Source of the DNA: an uncultured virus (IMG/VR IMGVR_UViG_3300029922_000018)
Taxonomy: Duplodnaviria; Heunggongvirae; Uroviricota; Caudoviricetes
DNA length: 64,000 nt
Strand: one strand, 5' to 3'
IMG/VR virus record: IMGVR_UViG_3300029922_000018
The notes under the pieces were generated by a model. It searched no databases. It saw only the letters and a list, made by a program, of their open reading frames with translations, and was not told the origin of the DNA. The translations under genes were made by a program, and so were the position numbers. Shown in pieces: positions 18,982-29,693 of this stretch (its first letter is position 1; every line of letters starts with the position of its first letter).

Positions 18982-21540
18982 TTATTTTATTCCGAGCTTT
19001 AGTTTTATTTGATTTCTGAGCGGTATAACGCCAGCCGTAATTTGAGTCGCCCATTTTCCGGCTTCTATAGTTTCCGTCACATCCGTTATTCTAAATACAA
19101 TATTCGTTGACGAGTATGGTTCGGGAAGTCCATCAACTAAAAACATCATAAATGTCCGGAGACCACCAATTCCCTGTAAAGTAAACGATGCTTGAATTCC
19201 TGGCATTATACCAGTATAATTTGTATTGTTATCGTAATCTCCATCATCCAACAACATATTCAATATCTCCACATTGGGGAGAACGAGCCGACGGACTATA
19301 ATATTTCCGGAAGATGTGGTGTAATTTCCTCGCATTCTCCCCGTGGTTATTAGGGTCTTATAGTTATTGGTAGTGGATGTCATCTGGAACATTTCCTTAG
19401 ATGGCTTAACAACTTGCAAATCTTTTAATATCGACAATATATCCAAAGATGTTTTTTGATTTTGAGACGTGTCCGATTCTTTTATTATTTCGCTTAGAAA
19501 TAATCGGTCACGAAATTTATAGTCTAATAATTCACTATTTCCATTGTTTAATTTTCGGTTTGAATTTTTATTGAGAGAGGTTGGGGAATAAATCGCCCGT
19601 ATAGCTTGGGCATTACTTAGGGTTGGTTTAAAATCGATTCCGGTAAGTATGCTCTCATTACTCATATATTTAAACGTATATGGGGCTGTGCTGGTGGGAG
19701 AAATATATTTAAAATCAACTATTTTCATACATGATTGTGATGTTAAATCCGGATTTCCTGCTCCAGCCACCAATCTTAAATCCCAGAAATTTCCACATGC
19801 CGCACTTATACCAGATAATAATTTTTCAATTACATCAGTATAAGTCTTTACGTCTGTGTCGAGCATTATTTTTTCCAAAAATGAAGTGTTAATATATAAA
19901 TTTTTCAAATACCCAGATTGAAGTTTATCAGACACCGATGGAAATTCAAAATTCCCAACAACATTATTTTGTTTTCGATTTGCATTTATTAACTCATCTA
20001 AATCATCCCTATAAATTGAATTTTTAGGCTGTAAACATATTCGATGAAGTCTAGCATCTGCCGGAGAACTATTGGTTGTGAAAGATGATATTATCGGAGT
20101 ATATTCCATTATATCTACGTCGACATTTGATATTCCAGTGGAATTTACCAATCCAAGTCCAACAAAATATTTTGGAGCTTGTTTGTTTGGTATTAACAAC
20201 ACACTCCCATCCGATGATATCATGTTTGCGTGACCCGTTATTTTCACATCATCAATGTCTATCTTGAATATCTCGCCGGTTTGTTTATTGCTAAGTTTTG
20301 ATGTGTGATAGTTTAATATATCGATTACCAGCCCCATGTTTAGCCAGAGATTATCAGTTTCTCCATTCCCATCAAAATCATCATTTACATTCCGGTGTTG
20401 ATATGAATTGATATTGACATCCAATACATCACGACCATGGAATATTCCATATATATATTCTTTCCAATTTTTTCTAGTTCTTTTCAGATATAGTATAAAA
20501 TTAAATATTTTATTTTCTTCATCTGATAATTGGGGGTAATTTGCCGATGAAACTCCCGATGGAGTGTCTAGCAATGATATCACGGTCAATAGATTACTGG
20601 ACTTGGAGGTGGTTGATTTTAATAGGTTTACACTCTTTAAAATAAACTCCGACAAATTTCCAAATGGCAATTTTGGAGGAGATTTTGAGGACTCATCTCC
20701 ACCATCAGATGATATAGAAATTTCCTCGACTGTAGCATCAACTGATAATCCAGCATAAATTCTATCCTTTGATAATATTTCGGTCTGGCATTTAAATTTA
20801 TTACCTTCAACCGACCATGTAAAATTTGTTATTATACCCATCATAACATCATAATTTCCATTTGATTTTAATATGTGATTGGTATATAATGGATATGGGT
20901 TATTCATTAATTTCTTCAAATATGCTTCGTCCGATACATCCAATAAACAGTCGGGATTATAATGGTTCCAGCCCCATTCTAATACACATGAAATGCCGGG
21001 AACCATGAAATATGGAGTCATATATTCCAATTGTTTTTTGGAAAAGCAGACCCAATCAATTATCGCTTTTCGATATAGTTCTTTTTGAATTGTCACCGTT
21101 ATTTTTTCTATTTCCGGCGCCGGGACGTGAATTGGATAATTATCATTTATATCGTTTTCTATAATATGCGGAGTCATTATTCCGTCTGGTTGATATCCGA
21201 TAACTCCACTTGCTTTTTCAGTTGAGGTTTTATCAAACCCATAAGTCTGATAAAAGTCCTTGCCACCGACCAATATAAACCCCGGAGCGAATTGTGGAGG
21301 CATTAGAAAATTCCCCTTGGCATCAATTTCCTGTCCATTTCCATTTGATGTAAATCGCAGCCACGGAGACATCGGTCCTTTATATTGAGTCCATTCGCCC
21401 GTAGAGTCATTCCAAGTTCCTTTAGTATCTACTATATAATTAAATCCCCGATTATTTTCACGTCGAAGTAGCTCGCTTTTTATTTGTGATGGAAAATTAT
21501 TCGGCGTCCAAAATTGTATCGGTGGTATATCAAAAATCAT
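18982..21540 (-). CDS. Putative baseplate hub / tail structural protein
   Basis: Tail module context; YFMVPGISCVLEWGW, GNYDVMMGIITNFTW, FRITDVTETIEAGKW. Confidence 0.6.
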   Translation of the reverse strand: MIFDIPPIQFWTPNNFPSQIKSELLRRENNRGFNYIVDTKGTWNDSTGEWTQYKGPMSPWLRFTSNGNGQEIDAKGNFLMPPQFAPGFILVGGKDFYQTYGFDKTSTEKASGVIGYQPDGIMTPHIIENDINDNYPIHVPAPEIEKITVTIQKELYRKAIIDWVCFSKKQLEYMTPYFMVPGISCVLEWGWNHYNPDCLLDVSDEAYLKKLMNNPYPLYTNHILKSNGNYDVMMGIITNFTWSVEGNKFKCQTEILSKDRIYAGLSVDATVEEISISSDGGDESSKSPPKLPFGNLSEFILKSVNLLKSTTSKSSNLLTVISLLDTPSGVSSANYPQLSDEENKIFNFILYLKRTRKNWKEYIYGIFHGRDVLDVNINSYQHRNVNDDFDGNGETDNLWLNMGLVIDILNYHTSKLSNKQTGEIFKIDIDDVKITGHANMISSDGSVLLIPNKQAPKYFVGLGLVNSTGISNVDVDIMEYTPIISSFTTNSSPADARLHRICLQPKNSIYRDDLDELINANRKQNNVVGNFEFPSVSDKLQSGYLKNLYINTSFLEKIMLDTDVKTYTDVIEKLLSGISAACGNFWDLRLVAGAGNPDLTSQSCMKIVDFKYISPTSTAPYTFKYMSNESILTGIDFKPTLSNAQAIRAIYSPTSLNKNSNRKLNNGNSELLDYKFRDRLFLSEIIKESDTSQNQKTSLDILSILKDLQVVKPSKEMFQMTSTTNNYKTLITTGRMRGNYTTSSGNIIVRRLVLPNVEILNMLLDDGDYDNNTNYTGIMPGIQASFTLQGIGGLRTFMMFLVDGLPEPYSSTNIVFRITDVTETIEAGKWATQITAGVIPLRNQIKLKLGIK

Positions 21541-22834
21541 ATATCAGTTCTTTCTTATTAATTACGTCTGATAAGATACCAGTTCGTTCGTTATATCTCC
21601 AAAATTCAATTGGAGATATTTCTTGTATTATATTATCTTGACGTTTTCTGTCTTTTTCTTTTAGATTATTGGATGTATCATAATGATATTTCTCATCATA
21701 TTCAAATACTATATTTTTCTCTCTATCATATCCATCTAAAAAGTATCCACTTACATTATATTCTCCCCCGTTTGTTGCGTGTTGAAATTTTAAGTTGAAC
21801 TTTTTATTTATATAATCAATAAACTCACATGCTCTTTTATTATATGATATTAGTCCGGATTTCCCATAGTTTTGTTTTAAAAATTGTTGAGTTATGAGTC
21901 TTCTTTTTTTCCTGTATTCATCCGATTCATGAATAAGTTTCATATGGGTAATATGTGATGGGTCTTTCCACATATTACTTGAATTTATTTTATGTTTTTC
22001 CCTGTATTCCGGTGATTTCATTATATCTAACATTTTATTACGAACATGTGGAGTATTCCATTGTTCCTTTGTCTTTTTGCTTGTTTTATTACGATATTCT
22101 TCGGTTTTAAAATACATACGATTTGGTGAATTTTTTAAAGATTTACTCATTTTTTCTCGATATTCATCGGTTATCCAGTGATAATCTTTTTTAGTCGCTG
22201 CCAATTTTGTGCCACAACTTCCACAATCAGAATTTAATTTTATACCCAACAAATATCCTTTCCTAGATTTATATGTAATATCGTTATTACATGTTGGACA
22301 TATTCGTTCCCAATATTTTTCATTGGGGGGTATGATTTTTTTAGTTTTACATTTCGAGCACTTTTTATTGGTTTTTAATGCAGTATTTAACGCACTTTTA
22401 CATGAATATTTTTGTTCAGTCCCACATTCCGGACAGTATTTTACCCACCCAATATCTGGAATTTTTATTTTTCTCACCGATTGACTACATTTATTACACT
22501 TAGCATCCTCTAGAATAGCAGTTATCAATGATTTTTTACACGTATATCGCTGTTCACATCTACATTCAGGACATAATTTTATCCATCCGTTTTCTGGTCT
22601 GGGAACTCTAAGCGAGTTTGCATAGCATTTTTTACATTTATTATTTTCTTTAATAGACCGAGTTAAATTTCCTTCGCTGCTATAATTCATTTCTTCCCCA
22701 CAATTAGGACAGTTTTTAATCCATTGATTTCCAATATCGTTGCATTCGTTTTTGCAAGACTTCTTTTCGATGTCGTTCATAATAGAGTTGGTCGTCTTTT
22801 CGTTTGGCCTCTGTTCGTTGTTTGTCGGTGACAT
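21530..22834 (-). CDS. Zn-ribbon-repeat PD-(D/E)XK homing endonuclease (start may be 22780)
   Basis: Four WxxxCPxC..CxxC repeats; YFLDGYD..NIVFEYDEKYH. Confidence 0.78.
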   Translation of the reverse strand: MSPTNNEQRPNEKTTNSIMNDIEKKSCKNECNDIGNQWIKNCPNCGEEMNYSSEGNLTRSIKENNKCKKCYANSLRVPRPENGWIKLCPECRCEQRYTCKKSLITAILEDAKCNKCSQSVRKIKIPDIGWVKYCPECGTEQKYSCKSALNTALKTNKKCSKCKTKKIIPPNEKYWERICPTCNNDITYKSRKGYLLGIKLNSDCGSCGTKLAATKKDYHWITDEYREKMSKSLKNSPNRMYFKTEEYRNKTSKKTKEQWNTPHVRNKMLDIMKSPEYREKHKINSSNMWKDPSHITHMKLIHESDEYRKKRRLITQQFLKQNYGKSGLISYNKRACEFIDYINKKFNLKFQHATNGGEYNVSGYFLDGYDREKNIVFEYDEKYHYDTSNNLKEKDRKRQDNIIQEISPIEFWRYNERTGILSDVINKKELIYDF

Positions 22835-22853
22835 ATTTTTTCTTTCTTCCCAT
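22716..22853 (-). CDS. MGRKK micro-ORF (45 aa)
   Basis: MGRKKKYVTDKQRTEAKRKDDQLYYERHRKEVLQKRMQRYWKSMD*. Confidence 0.7.
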   Translation of the reverse strand: MGRKKKYVTDKQRTEAKRKDDQLYYERHRKEVLQKRMQRYWKSMD

Positions 22854-22914
22854 AATAGTTGTATAACCTTTCATATTATAACTATATCTCACGGAACAAA
22901 AACACGGAATATTT

Positions 22915-23214
22915 TCAACTATTTAACAATTTGAATTGATTTAAAATTGAATTGACATTGGTTGGTATTCTAAGCTGTGTTCCGGCTGGAATTGAAAGCC
23001 TTCCGTTCCCAAGTCCTGAATTGGCCAGTGCTATAATAAACCAGAGGGAAGTGTCAGAATAATATTTATCGGCCAATGTATCAAGATGCATCGTTTCATC
23101 CGTGATGATTATAATGTCGGTATCTTGAGGAGTTAATACCGGATAGGTGGTTGAGTTATACACTTGTTTCCCATCCCATCTTGTAGTTGTAGGTGTATTT
23201 GAATATCTATTCAT
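22915..23214 (-). CDS. LysM-type baseplate wedge protein (gp53-like)
   Basis: LDTLADKYYSDTSLWFIIALAN...GTQLRIP. Confidence 0.8.
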   Translation of the reverse strand: MNRYSNTPTTTRWDGKQVYNSTTYPVLTPQDTDIIIITDETMHLDTLADKYYSDTSLWFIIALANSGLGNGRLSIPAGTQLRIPTNVNSILNQFKLLNS

Positions 23215-23216
23215 AT

Positions 23217-25535
23217 TTAAAATAATACATTAAGAATTGGGTTGGAAACAGCTTTAGCTTTTAATTCTCCTATTTGGTCATTATAATCTCCGACATTTAC
23301 CACTAACGATTTATTTAATCTATCGGGCTGTTTTCCGTTTGGAATGTTTACATTCCAATCGTTCAACTTGAATATATTCTTTCTAGGAGCATGTCCGAAA
23401 TTAGCACCACCGACAATTGGCTGTTCTTTTTCTAATAGATTCATACTAACATTTATATCAATCGTTCTTGGTAGTTGCCCATATACTGCATTATTATTTG
23501 ATTTTATATAATTTGCCAAATAACTCCATTCACTACTATTATCTTCATTTAATGTTTCCCATGACGCATCATCGGGGATTGATATTCCAACCGTAGTTAA
23601 TACGACTGGCTGGTCTCTATACATATCACCTATATTTAAATATATCATTGGAGGTATCATAAATCTATTTGTTATATTACTTGTAGTAGATGTGCCATTT
23701 CCAGTTGAATTTGATGATACGACATCGGACGTGTAATTGGATGGTTTGATTAAGGTTGATAGATAATTTATTCTTTGCCAAGTCGGAAATAATTCTGATA
23801 TACTAGTAATATTAACTGTAAATTTAAATGATAGAGTTCGTGTAAATCCACTATACGAATATACTTTATCTGCCCTGCCAATAAATGACGTTTCTTCCCA
23901 TCCAGAACTTCCTCCTTCAGTTATTCCAGTTACCGACGCTCTGAACGGAATGTAATTTTGATTTACTATATCATAAAAATAAAATGCGATTTGGTCGTGA
24001 ATATATGGGTTCCATGCCGTGTTGACCCAACCTCTCGATAGTTTCCCTTTATTATTTAAATCAGACGAATTAATTACGGTTAATGTATTTATAGCGTCCC
24101 CTCGATTGGATGATGGCAATCTTAAAGAATTTTGAGGACTTGAAATGTCTTCGTCAACGGTTCTAACTCCACTTTGACGATAACTGGATAATAATCCATT
24201 AGCATAATTAAGTCCGGAATTTGAATCGTTTTTGTTTTTGATATTGAATAATCTATCATATCCATTCTTAACAGTTTCTCCGCTAGATATAATTCTAGAA
24301 TCTGCTGGAACTGTTATGGAATATAATTTATCATTGCTTGAATTTATGTCTTTCAATACTGATTTTAAATTATTATTTAATAAATTAGCTGGACTGTTAT
24401 CTGTAGAAGTGACGTTGAATTTACTTGGGTATTGTGTAGTTGGATTTACATAATCCCCGTATTGTATCAATATGTCCGATGATTCGTAATCATGGTCAAC
24501 ATTATTTCCAACATTGTCACCATATTTAAAATTTCTACCTTGTCCCGAATTTTTATTTACGTCATATCCGATACTTCCAACCCCATCAATATTTAATCCC
24601 GATAAGCTAGAATTTTTTCTTATAACTGGTCTTCCCATATCATTTATAAATGTGCGGCCAGCGTGGATTGGATATTCTCCATTTTTACGCATTATTTTAT
24701 TCCCTGCCACCCACTGCTGTTCAATTGGAATAGTAGTTCCATATGAATCAATATAAGATAATCTGTTGAGCTTATCTGTAAGCATTATTCCATAGGCTCC
24801 TTCGCTACTTTTATATATTATTCCATCTTGAGTTGTTGATTTGAAATTTGAAAATAATGCTCCAAGAAAACTTGGGGAGGTTGATGGTATTCCCCATCTC
24901 GATTGTAAATGGGCAAGACCAGTATTGGCAGTTCCCGAACGAGATAATCCTCTATATTCTGTTGAGATATGCTCTCCATCAGATGATAAAGGACTTCTAT
25001 TCGTAGATATAGAATTTGGAACCGTTCCGGATGGTTGATTTGAATTTTCCTGACCGACTCCGACTAATGATGTTAATATTCCTACCAAACCGCCGCCAGT
25101 AGTGTCTAGTTGCCGAGTTACTCGATTAGTTAACCCAAGCGCACCAGGTCTTGCAGCCGACACTAGAACCTCGGTCGGGGAATATAATCTAGTCTCATTA
25201 AACGAATTCCCCGTCTGCAATAGCAACTGCTTTGCTAAAAATAAAACACCATTTCCGGAAGTTAGAAATTTTGAGATTCGTATTGTGTCTTGAATAGCAG
25301 AAAATACTGGAAATGAACGAGACTCATACTTACCGGAAACATTTGGGAAAGTCGTGGCCTTGTCAATCCACGTATACATGAAAGGTTGCTCCCCAAAATT
25401 TAACAATGAATTCTGGTTATAGTTAGCATATGGACTCAATTTATGATATAAATTCTTATAATCAAGATTTAATGCAGCCTCCAGATTGCCCGGTGGGTGG
25501 AGTGAAATACTTGTTAATTGTTGAATGCTTGCCAT
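23217..25535 (-). CDS. Baseplate / tube-initiator-like structural protein
   Basis: Follows tape measure; PFRAS..GW....IGRADKVYSYSGFTRTLSFKF. Confidence 0.6.
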   Translation of the reverse strand: MASIQQLTSISLHPPGNLEAALNLDYKNLYHKLSPYANYNQNSLLNFGEQPFMYTWIDKATTFPNVSGKYESRSFPVFSAIQDTIRISKFLTSGNGVLFLAKQLLLQTGNSFNETRLYSPTEVLVSAARPGALGLTNRVTRQLDTTGGGLVGILTSLVGVGQENSNQPSGTVPNSISTNRSPLSSDGEHISTEYRGLSRSGTANTGLAHLQSRWGIPSTSPSFLGALFSNFKSTTQDGIIYKSSEGAYGIMLTDKLNRLSYIDSYGTTIPIEQQWVAGNKIMRKNGEYPIHAGRTFINDMGRPVIRKNSSLSGLNIDGVGSIGYDVNKNSGQGRNFKYGDNVGNNVDHDYESSDILIQYGDYVNPTTQYPSKFNVTSTDNSPANLLNNNLKSVLKDINSSNDKLYSITVPADSRIISSGETVKNGYDRLFNIKNKNDSNSGLNYANGLLSSYRQSGVRTVDEDISSPQNSLRLPSSNRGDAINTLTVINSSDLNNKGKLSRGWVNTAWNPYIHDQIAFYFYDIVNQNYIPFRASVTGITEGGSSGWEETSFIGRADKVYSYSGFTRTLSFKFTVNITSISELFPTWQRINYLSTLIKPSNYTSDVVSSNSTGNGTSTTSNITNRFMIPPMIYLNIGDMYRDQPVVLTTVGISIPDDASWETLNEDNSSEWSYLANYIKSNNNAVYGQLPRTIDINVSMNLLEKEQPIVGGANFGHAPRKNIFKLNDWNVNIPNGKQPDRLNKSLVVNVGDYNDQIGELKAKAVSNPILNVLF

Positions 25536-25581
25536 ATAGTATATAAATATAGAGAACTATCAGTTAGTTGGACATTATAAA

Positions 25582-27912
25582 TTAACTATTAGTCCCAAAG
25601 GCTCCACGGAAGTTCAATGTTCTGGCCAGTTGGGTGGACACTAATGAACCATCTAGATTTATCGCAATCTTCCCTTCTTGTAAATTCTTATTTAAATTAT
25701 TAATAGCATCTAATACACCTTGCAATAATTTATTACCTTCGTCATTCTGATTAATTTGTTCTTTAACATTAGTAGTTTGTTCCTTAACATTAGAAGTCAC
25801 ATCGGATGACGTTGCGGTTTTATCTGATGGTTTAATTTCATTGTTTCCGTGTAACAATGGAGAAACTCCATGAGATACAGTTAATAGTCCAGCCGATACT
25901 TTACTCATGCCCGGCACATGACTTAATAATTTGGCAATTACTCCAAGTCCTTTTCTAAATGGCCAAGTTAATGCATCAAATATCATTGCTCCAACTGATA
26001 CTATACCTTTGACTATTGATAATCCTAACTTTGATGGTGAGTGTCCTGCAATTGGACTCTTGGTAAACCAATGCCACAAATCTACAAATGGCTGAATTAG
26101 TACTCTATACGCTACTATTGGAACGAAGAATATACCTTTCAATATTCCTTTTCCAATTCTGCTCCAATCACCACTGGCTATATCAGCTATAATTTCTTTT
26201 ATTAATTTAAACCCTTCCCACACACCCTGCACTGCCATTATTATTTCTCCTAGACCAGGAATTGCCTTTCCAAACATTCCAAATATTTCCACGAATTCCC
26301 CAAGCCCTTCGAAAATAGACGTGACTGGACTTAGCCATTCCCCCAATTTTGCAAATATCTTAAATCCCTCAAGAAACTTGGTAAACCTACTAAACGGAGT
26401 AATTATTTCTTCTAATACGGTTAACCCATCTTCACTATATGCCACTATTTTTTCAACTGATGTTAACCATTTTAATAGAAATCCGGCTCCGACTGATAAC
26501 ACTGGAATAAGAGATATAAAGGGAGGAACAATCGATAATGCAGCATCTGTTAATTTCAATATTGGTGGTAATATTTGAGCGATTAATTGGTTCCATTTCT
26601 GTTGAATTGCAACTATTCTTTCTTGATTAGATTTTTGTTGCATGGATAACAACATAGTAGCACCAGCATCTTTTGCTGCTGCTTGATTTAGATTTCTCAA
26701 TCGTTCATATTCAGTTGCTGCTGCTCTAATTTCAACATTCGTGCTAGATTTAGCATCCCTAAGTTCTTTCTCGGCTTGACACATGGCGGTTAAATCAGAA
26801 ACGGATTTTCCAGTCATCGCCGCAAATGCTTGCTGTTGAAAATAATCCATCTTATCTAGAAAATGGTTTTGCTGTGCCATGTTTAAGATTTCTTTGTTAT
26901 AACCTACAAGGTCTCTTCGATATGATAACTCTCTTGCTTTTTGCATATTGAGTGAATGTCCTAAGAGAACAGAAGCTTCCATTTCCTCGTTTATGCTCTG
27001 TGTGAAATTTAATATATGAGCCGCACCATCAGAAACAGCATCCAGCGATGTTCCTAATTTTCTAAACTCGACGGCTGATTTAATAGAAATAGATGGAATA
27101 CGGCTCATTAACATCAGCGTATTAGCCGATTTACTTGCCAAATCTGCCATCACCTTCCCTAAATTAGTTCCAGCCGCATTTGAAAGAGCAGCCGCATATC
27201 CTGCCATATTTTGCTGACTCTCCATCGAAGTTCCCGAAATCGCTGCCATATTTCGGAAGAACTCGGCAGATGTCTCCTGACTAATTCCAAGTTGGGAGTT
27301 CAATATAGAAATTGTTTTTACTAATTCTTGAGATATATTGTGAATTCCACCGGAAACTTCTCCTAATGCTTCTACCGATTTTAATACAATTCCTATATTA
27401 ACTCCAACATTCATATAATCTATTGCCATTTGACGAGCATATGTTTGTATGTTTTTAGTTGAACTTCGCATCATTCCTAGGGTCATATTAAATTCAACCG
27501 CAGCTTTATCCATAGCCTTGAATAATATCCAAGTCTCCCGCAGTATTAAGAATATAGGAGTAAATCCGGACATGTTTAATACACGCAACATGTTTAATTC
27601 TTTTTGTAGTTCCACTTTACGTTGAGCGATAGACGCCAAAACATTCTTGGCATCTTTTTGTTCTTGTCCAGTGGTTGATTGAACTTTTATTTGAGCCATT
27701 AACAACTCAGACTCCGTCTTTGCGAGTTGTTTAGAGATTTCGCCGTGAACTTGATATGTCTTTTTCCATCCTAAATTTATTTTTTCAGTATAGCTCAATA
27801 TATCAGCCAATGGGTCGGCCTGTTCTTTCAATAACCGATTGGCATCGGCAATTGCCTCCTTTGAATGTTCGAGTTTATCGGATATAAACCCCTGTGCTAT
27901 TTCATTTACCAT
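25582..27912 (-). CDS. Tail tape measure protein
   Basis: Long Ala-rich helical protein with hydrophobic segments, KAIPGLG motif, tail context. Confidence 0.8.
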   Translation of the reverse strand: MVNEIAQGFISDKLEHSKEAIADANRLLKEQADPLADILSYTEKINLGWKKTYQVHGEISKQLAKTESELLMAQIKVQSTTGQEQKDAKNVLASIAQRKVELQKELNMLRVLNMSGFTPIFLILRETWILFKAMDKAAVEFNMTLGMMRSSTKNIQTYARQMAIDYMNVGVNIGIVLKSVEALGEVSGGIHNISQELVKTISILNSQLGISQETSAEFFRNMAAISGTSMESQQNMAGYAAALSNAAGTNLGKVMADLASKSANTLMLMSRIPSISIKSAVEFRKLGTSLDAVSDGAAHILNFTQSINEEMEASVLLGHSLNMQKARELSYRRDLVGYNKEILNMAQQNHFLDKMDYFQQQAFAAMTGKSVSDLTAMCQAEKELRDAKSSTNVEIRAAATEYERLRNLNQAAAKDAGATMLLSMQQKSNQERIVAIQQKWNQLIAQILPPILKLTDAALSIVPPFISLIPVLSVGAGFLLKWLTSVEKIVAYSEDGLTVLEEIITPFSRFTKFLEGFKIFAKLGEWLSPVTSIFEGLGEFVEIFGMFGKAIPGLGEIIMAVQGVWEGFKLIKEIIADIASGDWSRIGKGILKGIFFVPIVAYRVLIQPFVDLWHWFTKSPIAGHSPSKLGLSIVKGIVSVGAMIFDALTWPFRKGLGVIAKLLSHVPGMSKVSAGLLTVSHGVSPLLHGNNEIKPSDKTATSSDVTSNVKEQTTNVKEQINQNDEGNKLLQGVLDAINNLNKNLQEGKIAINLDGSLVSTQLARTLNFRGAFGTNS

Positions 27913-27984
27913 ATACAGTATAAATATATAAAATTCTCAATTATACCACGATTTATCATGGTTCTTTTGATTTGTCGATTTCCC

Positions 27985-28012
27985 TTGACTTTTTATATTT
28001 CTTCCGTATACT
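27985..28012 (+). promoter_or_regulatory. sigma70-type promoter
   Basis: TTGACT-16 nt-TATACT just before 28022. Confidence 0.55.
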
Positions 28013-28021
28013 CGTAGTATT

Positions 28022-28327
28022 ATGAATAATAAATTAGACAATAACCAAGAAACGCTGTTTTCGGCGGTTAAGAACCTCGTGGGGGAATTGATGGGTGTTT
28101 GCTTCTTATTTGTGCTTTTTGTCCCAATTTTGGTCGCTCCGATGTTTGGATACTATGTTCGTGGAAATTTAATGGCCACATATGGTATTTACAATGAAAA
28201 CAACGACGTAATTAAGGCAAAAATGTTGCCGGTTTGGGCGTTTCTATGGGTTGTCGCCCTAATTGGTTGGTCTATTATTGGATATATCGAAATTGATATC
28301 CAATCAGTATGTAACTACACTAAATAG
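28022..28327 (+). CDS. Small two-TM membrane protein
   Basis: Two hydrophobic helices; own promoter; opposite strand to tail genes. Confidence 0.65.
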   Translation: MNNKLDNNQETLFSAVKNLVGELMGVCFLFVLFVPILVAPMFGYYVRGNLMATYGIYNENNDVIKAKMLPVWAFLWVVALIGWSIIGYIEIDIQSVCNYTK

Positions 28328-29303
28328 TAGCAATCTTGGGGAGTTTATCAATTCCTCGTTTAAATTGTTTCCAGTCATATTCCCAGATATATTTCACAGC
28401 ATATCCCATAGATTTTAGAATATTCATCTTCTTAAATGTCAATTCATTTAATTCTTGAAATGTCTTTTTTGCTATTATATTTCTATCCTCCATATTATTT
28501 GTTTTCGGATTTCCATGCCAGTAATTTCCTAAATATTCATAAATCGTATTTGTCTTGTCATCATATCCATCGGGCTTGCAATATTTTAAATCGCTACAAT
28601 CCTTAAACTTAATTAAAAATTGACGATGTTTGGCGTCATCTGGTATACTACAATATTCTAAAAATTCGCATTCACCCTTAGATATTATATTTTTACATTT
28701 TCTACATCCCTTACCGGACAAATGACAATCCGCTCCCTGTGTAAAATCCCCATGTTTTGGACATGTTATTATTATCTTATCTTTTCGAGTTTTATATATA
28801 GCGTTACAATACGTATAATAATTATTATGAATGTTGTTAGAATCAATTATAAATTTTTCCAATAGTTTTGTTCGTGATAATACCCGACGATTAATTCCAC
28901 ATTGTCGGCATCCTCTACCAGTTAAATGGCCGTTTGGTGTTTGATTGAATATTATTCCACAGAGATTGCATTTTATTTTTACGATTTTTTTACTATGAAT
29001 ATAATCTACAAAATCATAATTATATGCAGTATTACCATGTATTTTAATAGCATCTAGTATAAATTTATCTTTAGAAATTTTGTTTTTATTTGCTCTAAAT
29101 TCAATAGAACATTTTGGACAACCTGCTCCATGTAAATGATTCCACTGCAATTGTTCAAATTTAATATTATGTATGTTACAGTTAATTTTAACTTTAGATG
29201 ATTTTTTGTTACAATTTATATCATCGTAGCCATATCTACCAATACCATGAATTTGATTAGCACTTTTTATAAATTCTAATTTTTTAATATTATTTATTGA
29301 CAT
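28320..29303 (-). CDS. DUF723/CapR-like repeat PD-(D/E)XK homing endonuclease
   Basis: Three HG..Y.Y...K..I.C..H..F.Q...HL.G.GC..C repeats; PDGYD..TNTIYEYLGNYWHGNP; YIWEYDW. Confidence 0.8.
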   Translation of the reverse strand: MSINNIKKLEFIKSANQIHGIGRYGYDDINCNKKSSKVKINCNIHNIKFEQLQWNHLHGAGCPKCSIEFRANKNKISKDKFILDAIKIHGNTAYNYDFVDYIHSKKIVKIKCNLCGIIFNQTPNGHLTGRGCRQCGINRRVLSRTKLLEKFIIDSNNIHNNYYTYCNAIYKTRKDKIIITCPKHGDFTQGADCHLSGKGCRKCKNIISKGECEFLEYCSIPDDAKHRQFLIKFKDCSDLKYCKPDGYDDKTNTIYEYLGNYWHGNPKTNNMEDRNIIAKKTFQELNELTFKKMNILKSMGYAVKYIWEYDWKQFKRGIDKLPKIATI

Positions 29304-29424
29304 GGTAATATTCCAGATTTATTTTTCGAATTTTATCCGCATTACGCCAATACCAACGTCGTTTCTTAGCTTTTTCGGCTTCGTGTTTTTCTTCTTGTGT
29401 ATTATATATTTTTTTACGTCCCAT
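29290..29424 (-). CDS. MGRKK micro-ORF (44 aa)
   Basis: MGRKKIYNTQEEKHEAEKAKKRRWYWRNADKIRKINLEYYHVNK*; TATTTATA 4 nt upstream. Confidence 0.75.
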   Translation of the reverse strand: MGRKKIYNTQEEKHEAEKAKKRRWYWRNADKIRKINLEYYHVNK

Positions 29425-29471
29425 ACATTATAAATATACGTCTAAAAAAGAAAACGTCTAAAAATATTTAC

Positions 29472-29693
29472 TCATTTCCCATCTACTCTATTAGATGGTG
29501 GTTTACCGGAAGATACTCCTTGTGATTTTTCCATTTGCTTCTGTTCATCATCCTTCGTTTTTATTAACCGAGAATAATAATAATTACGGAGGGTGACTGG
29601 CATGGAATATAATTCATCATGGTCAAATTTACCAAAATGAACCATATCAAATATTAAATTGTGGACGCCTAAAACGTATTCTTTAGTTAGGAA
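29472..29693 (-). CDS. Tail/baseplate assembly chaperone C-terminal extension, probably reached by frameshift
   Basis: ELYSMPVTLRNYY motif; overlaps the end of the upstream gene in the +1 frame. Confidence 0.55.
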   Translation of the reverse strand, partial: FLTKEYVLGVHNLIFDMVHFGKFDHDELYSMPVTLRNYYYSRLIKTKDDEQKQMEKSQGVSSGKPPSNRVDGK

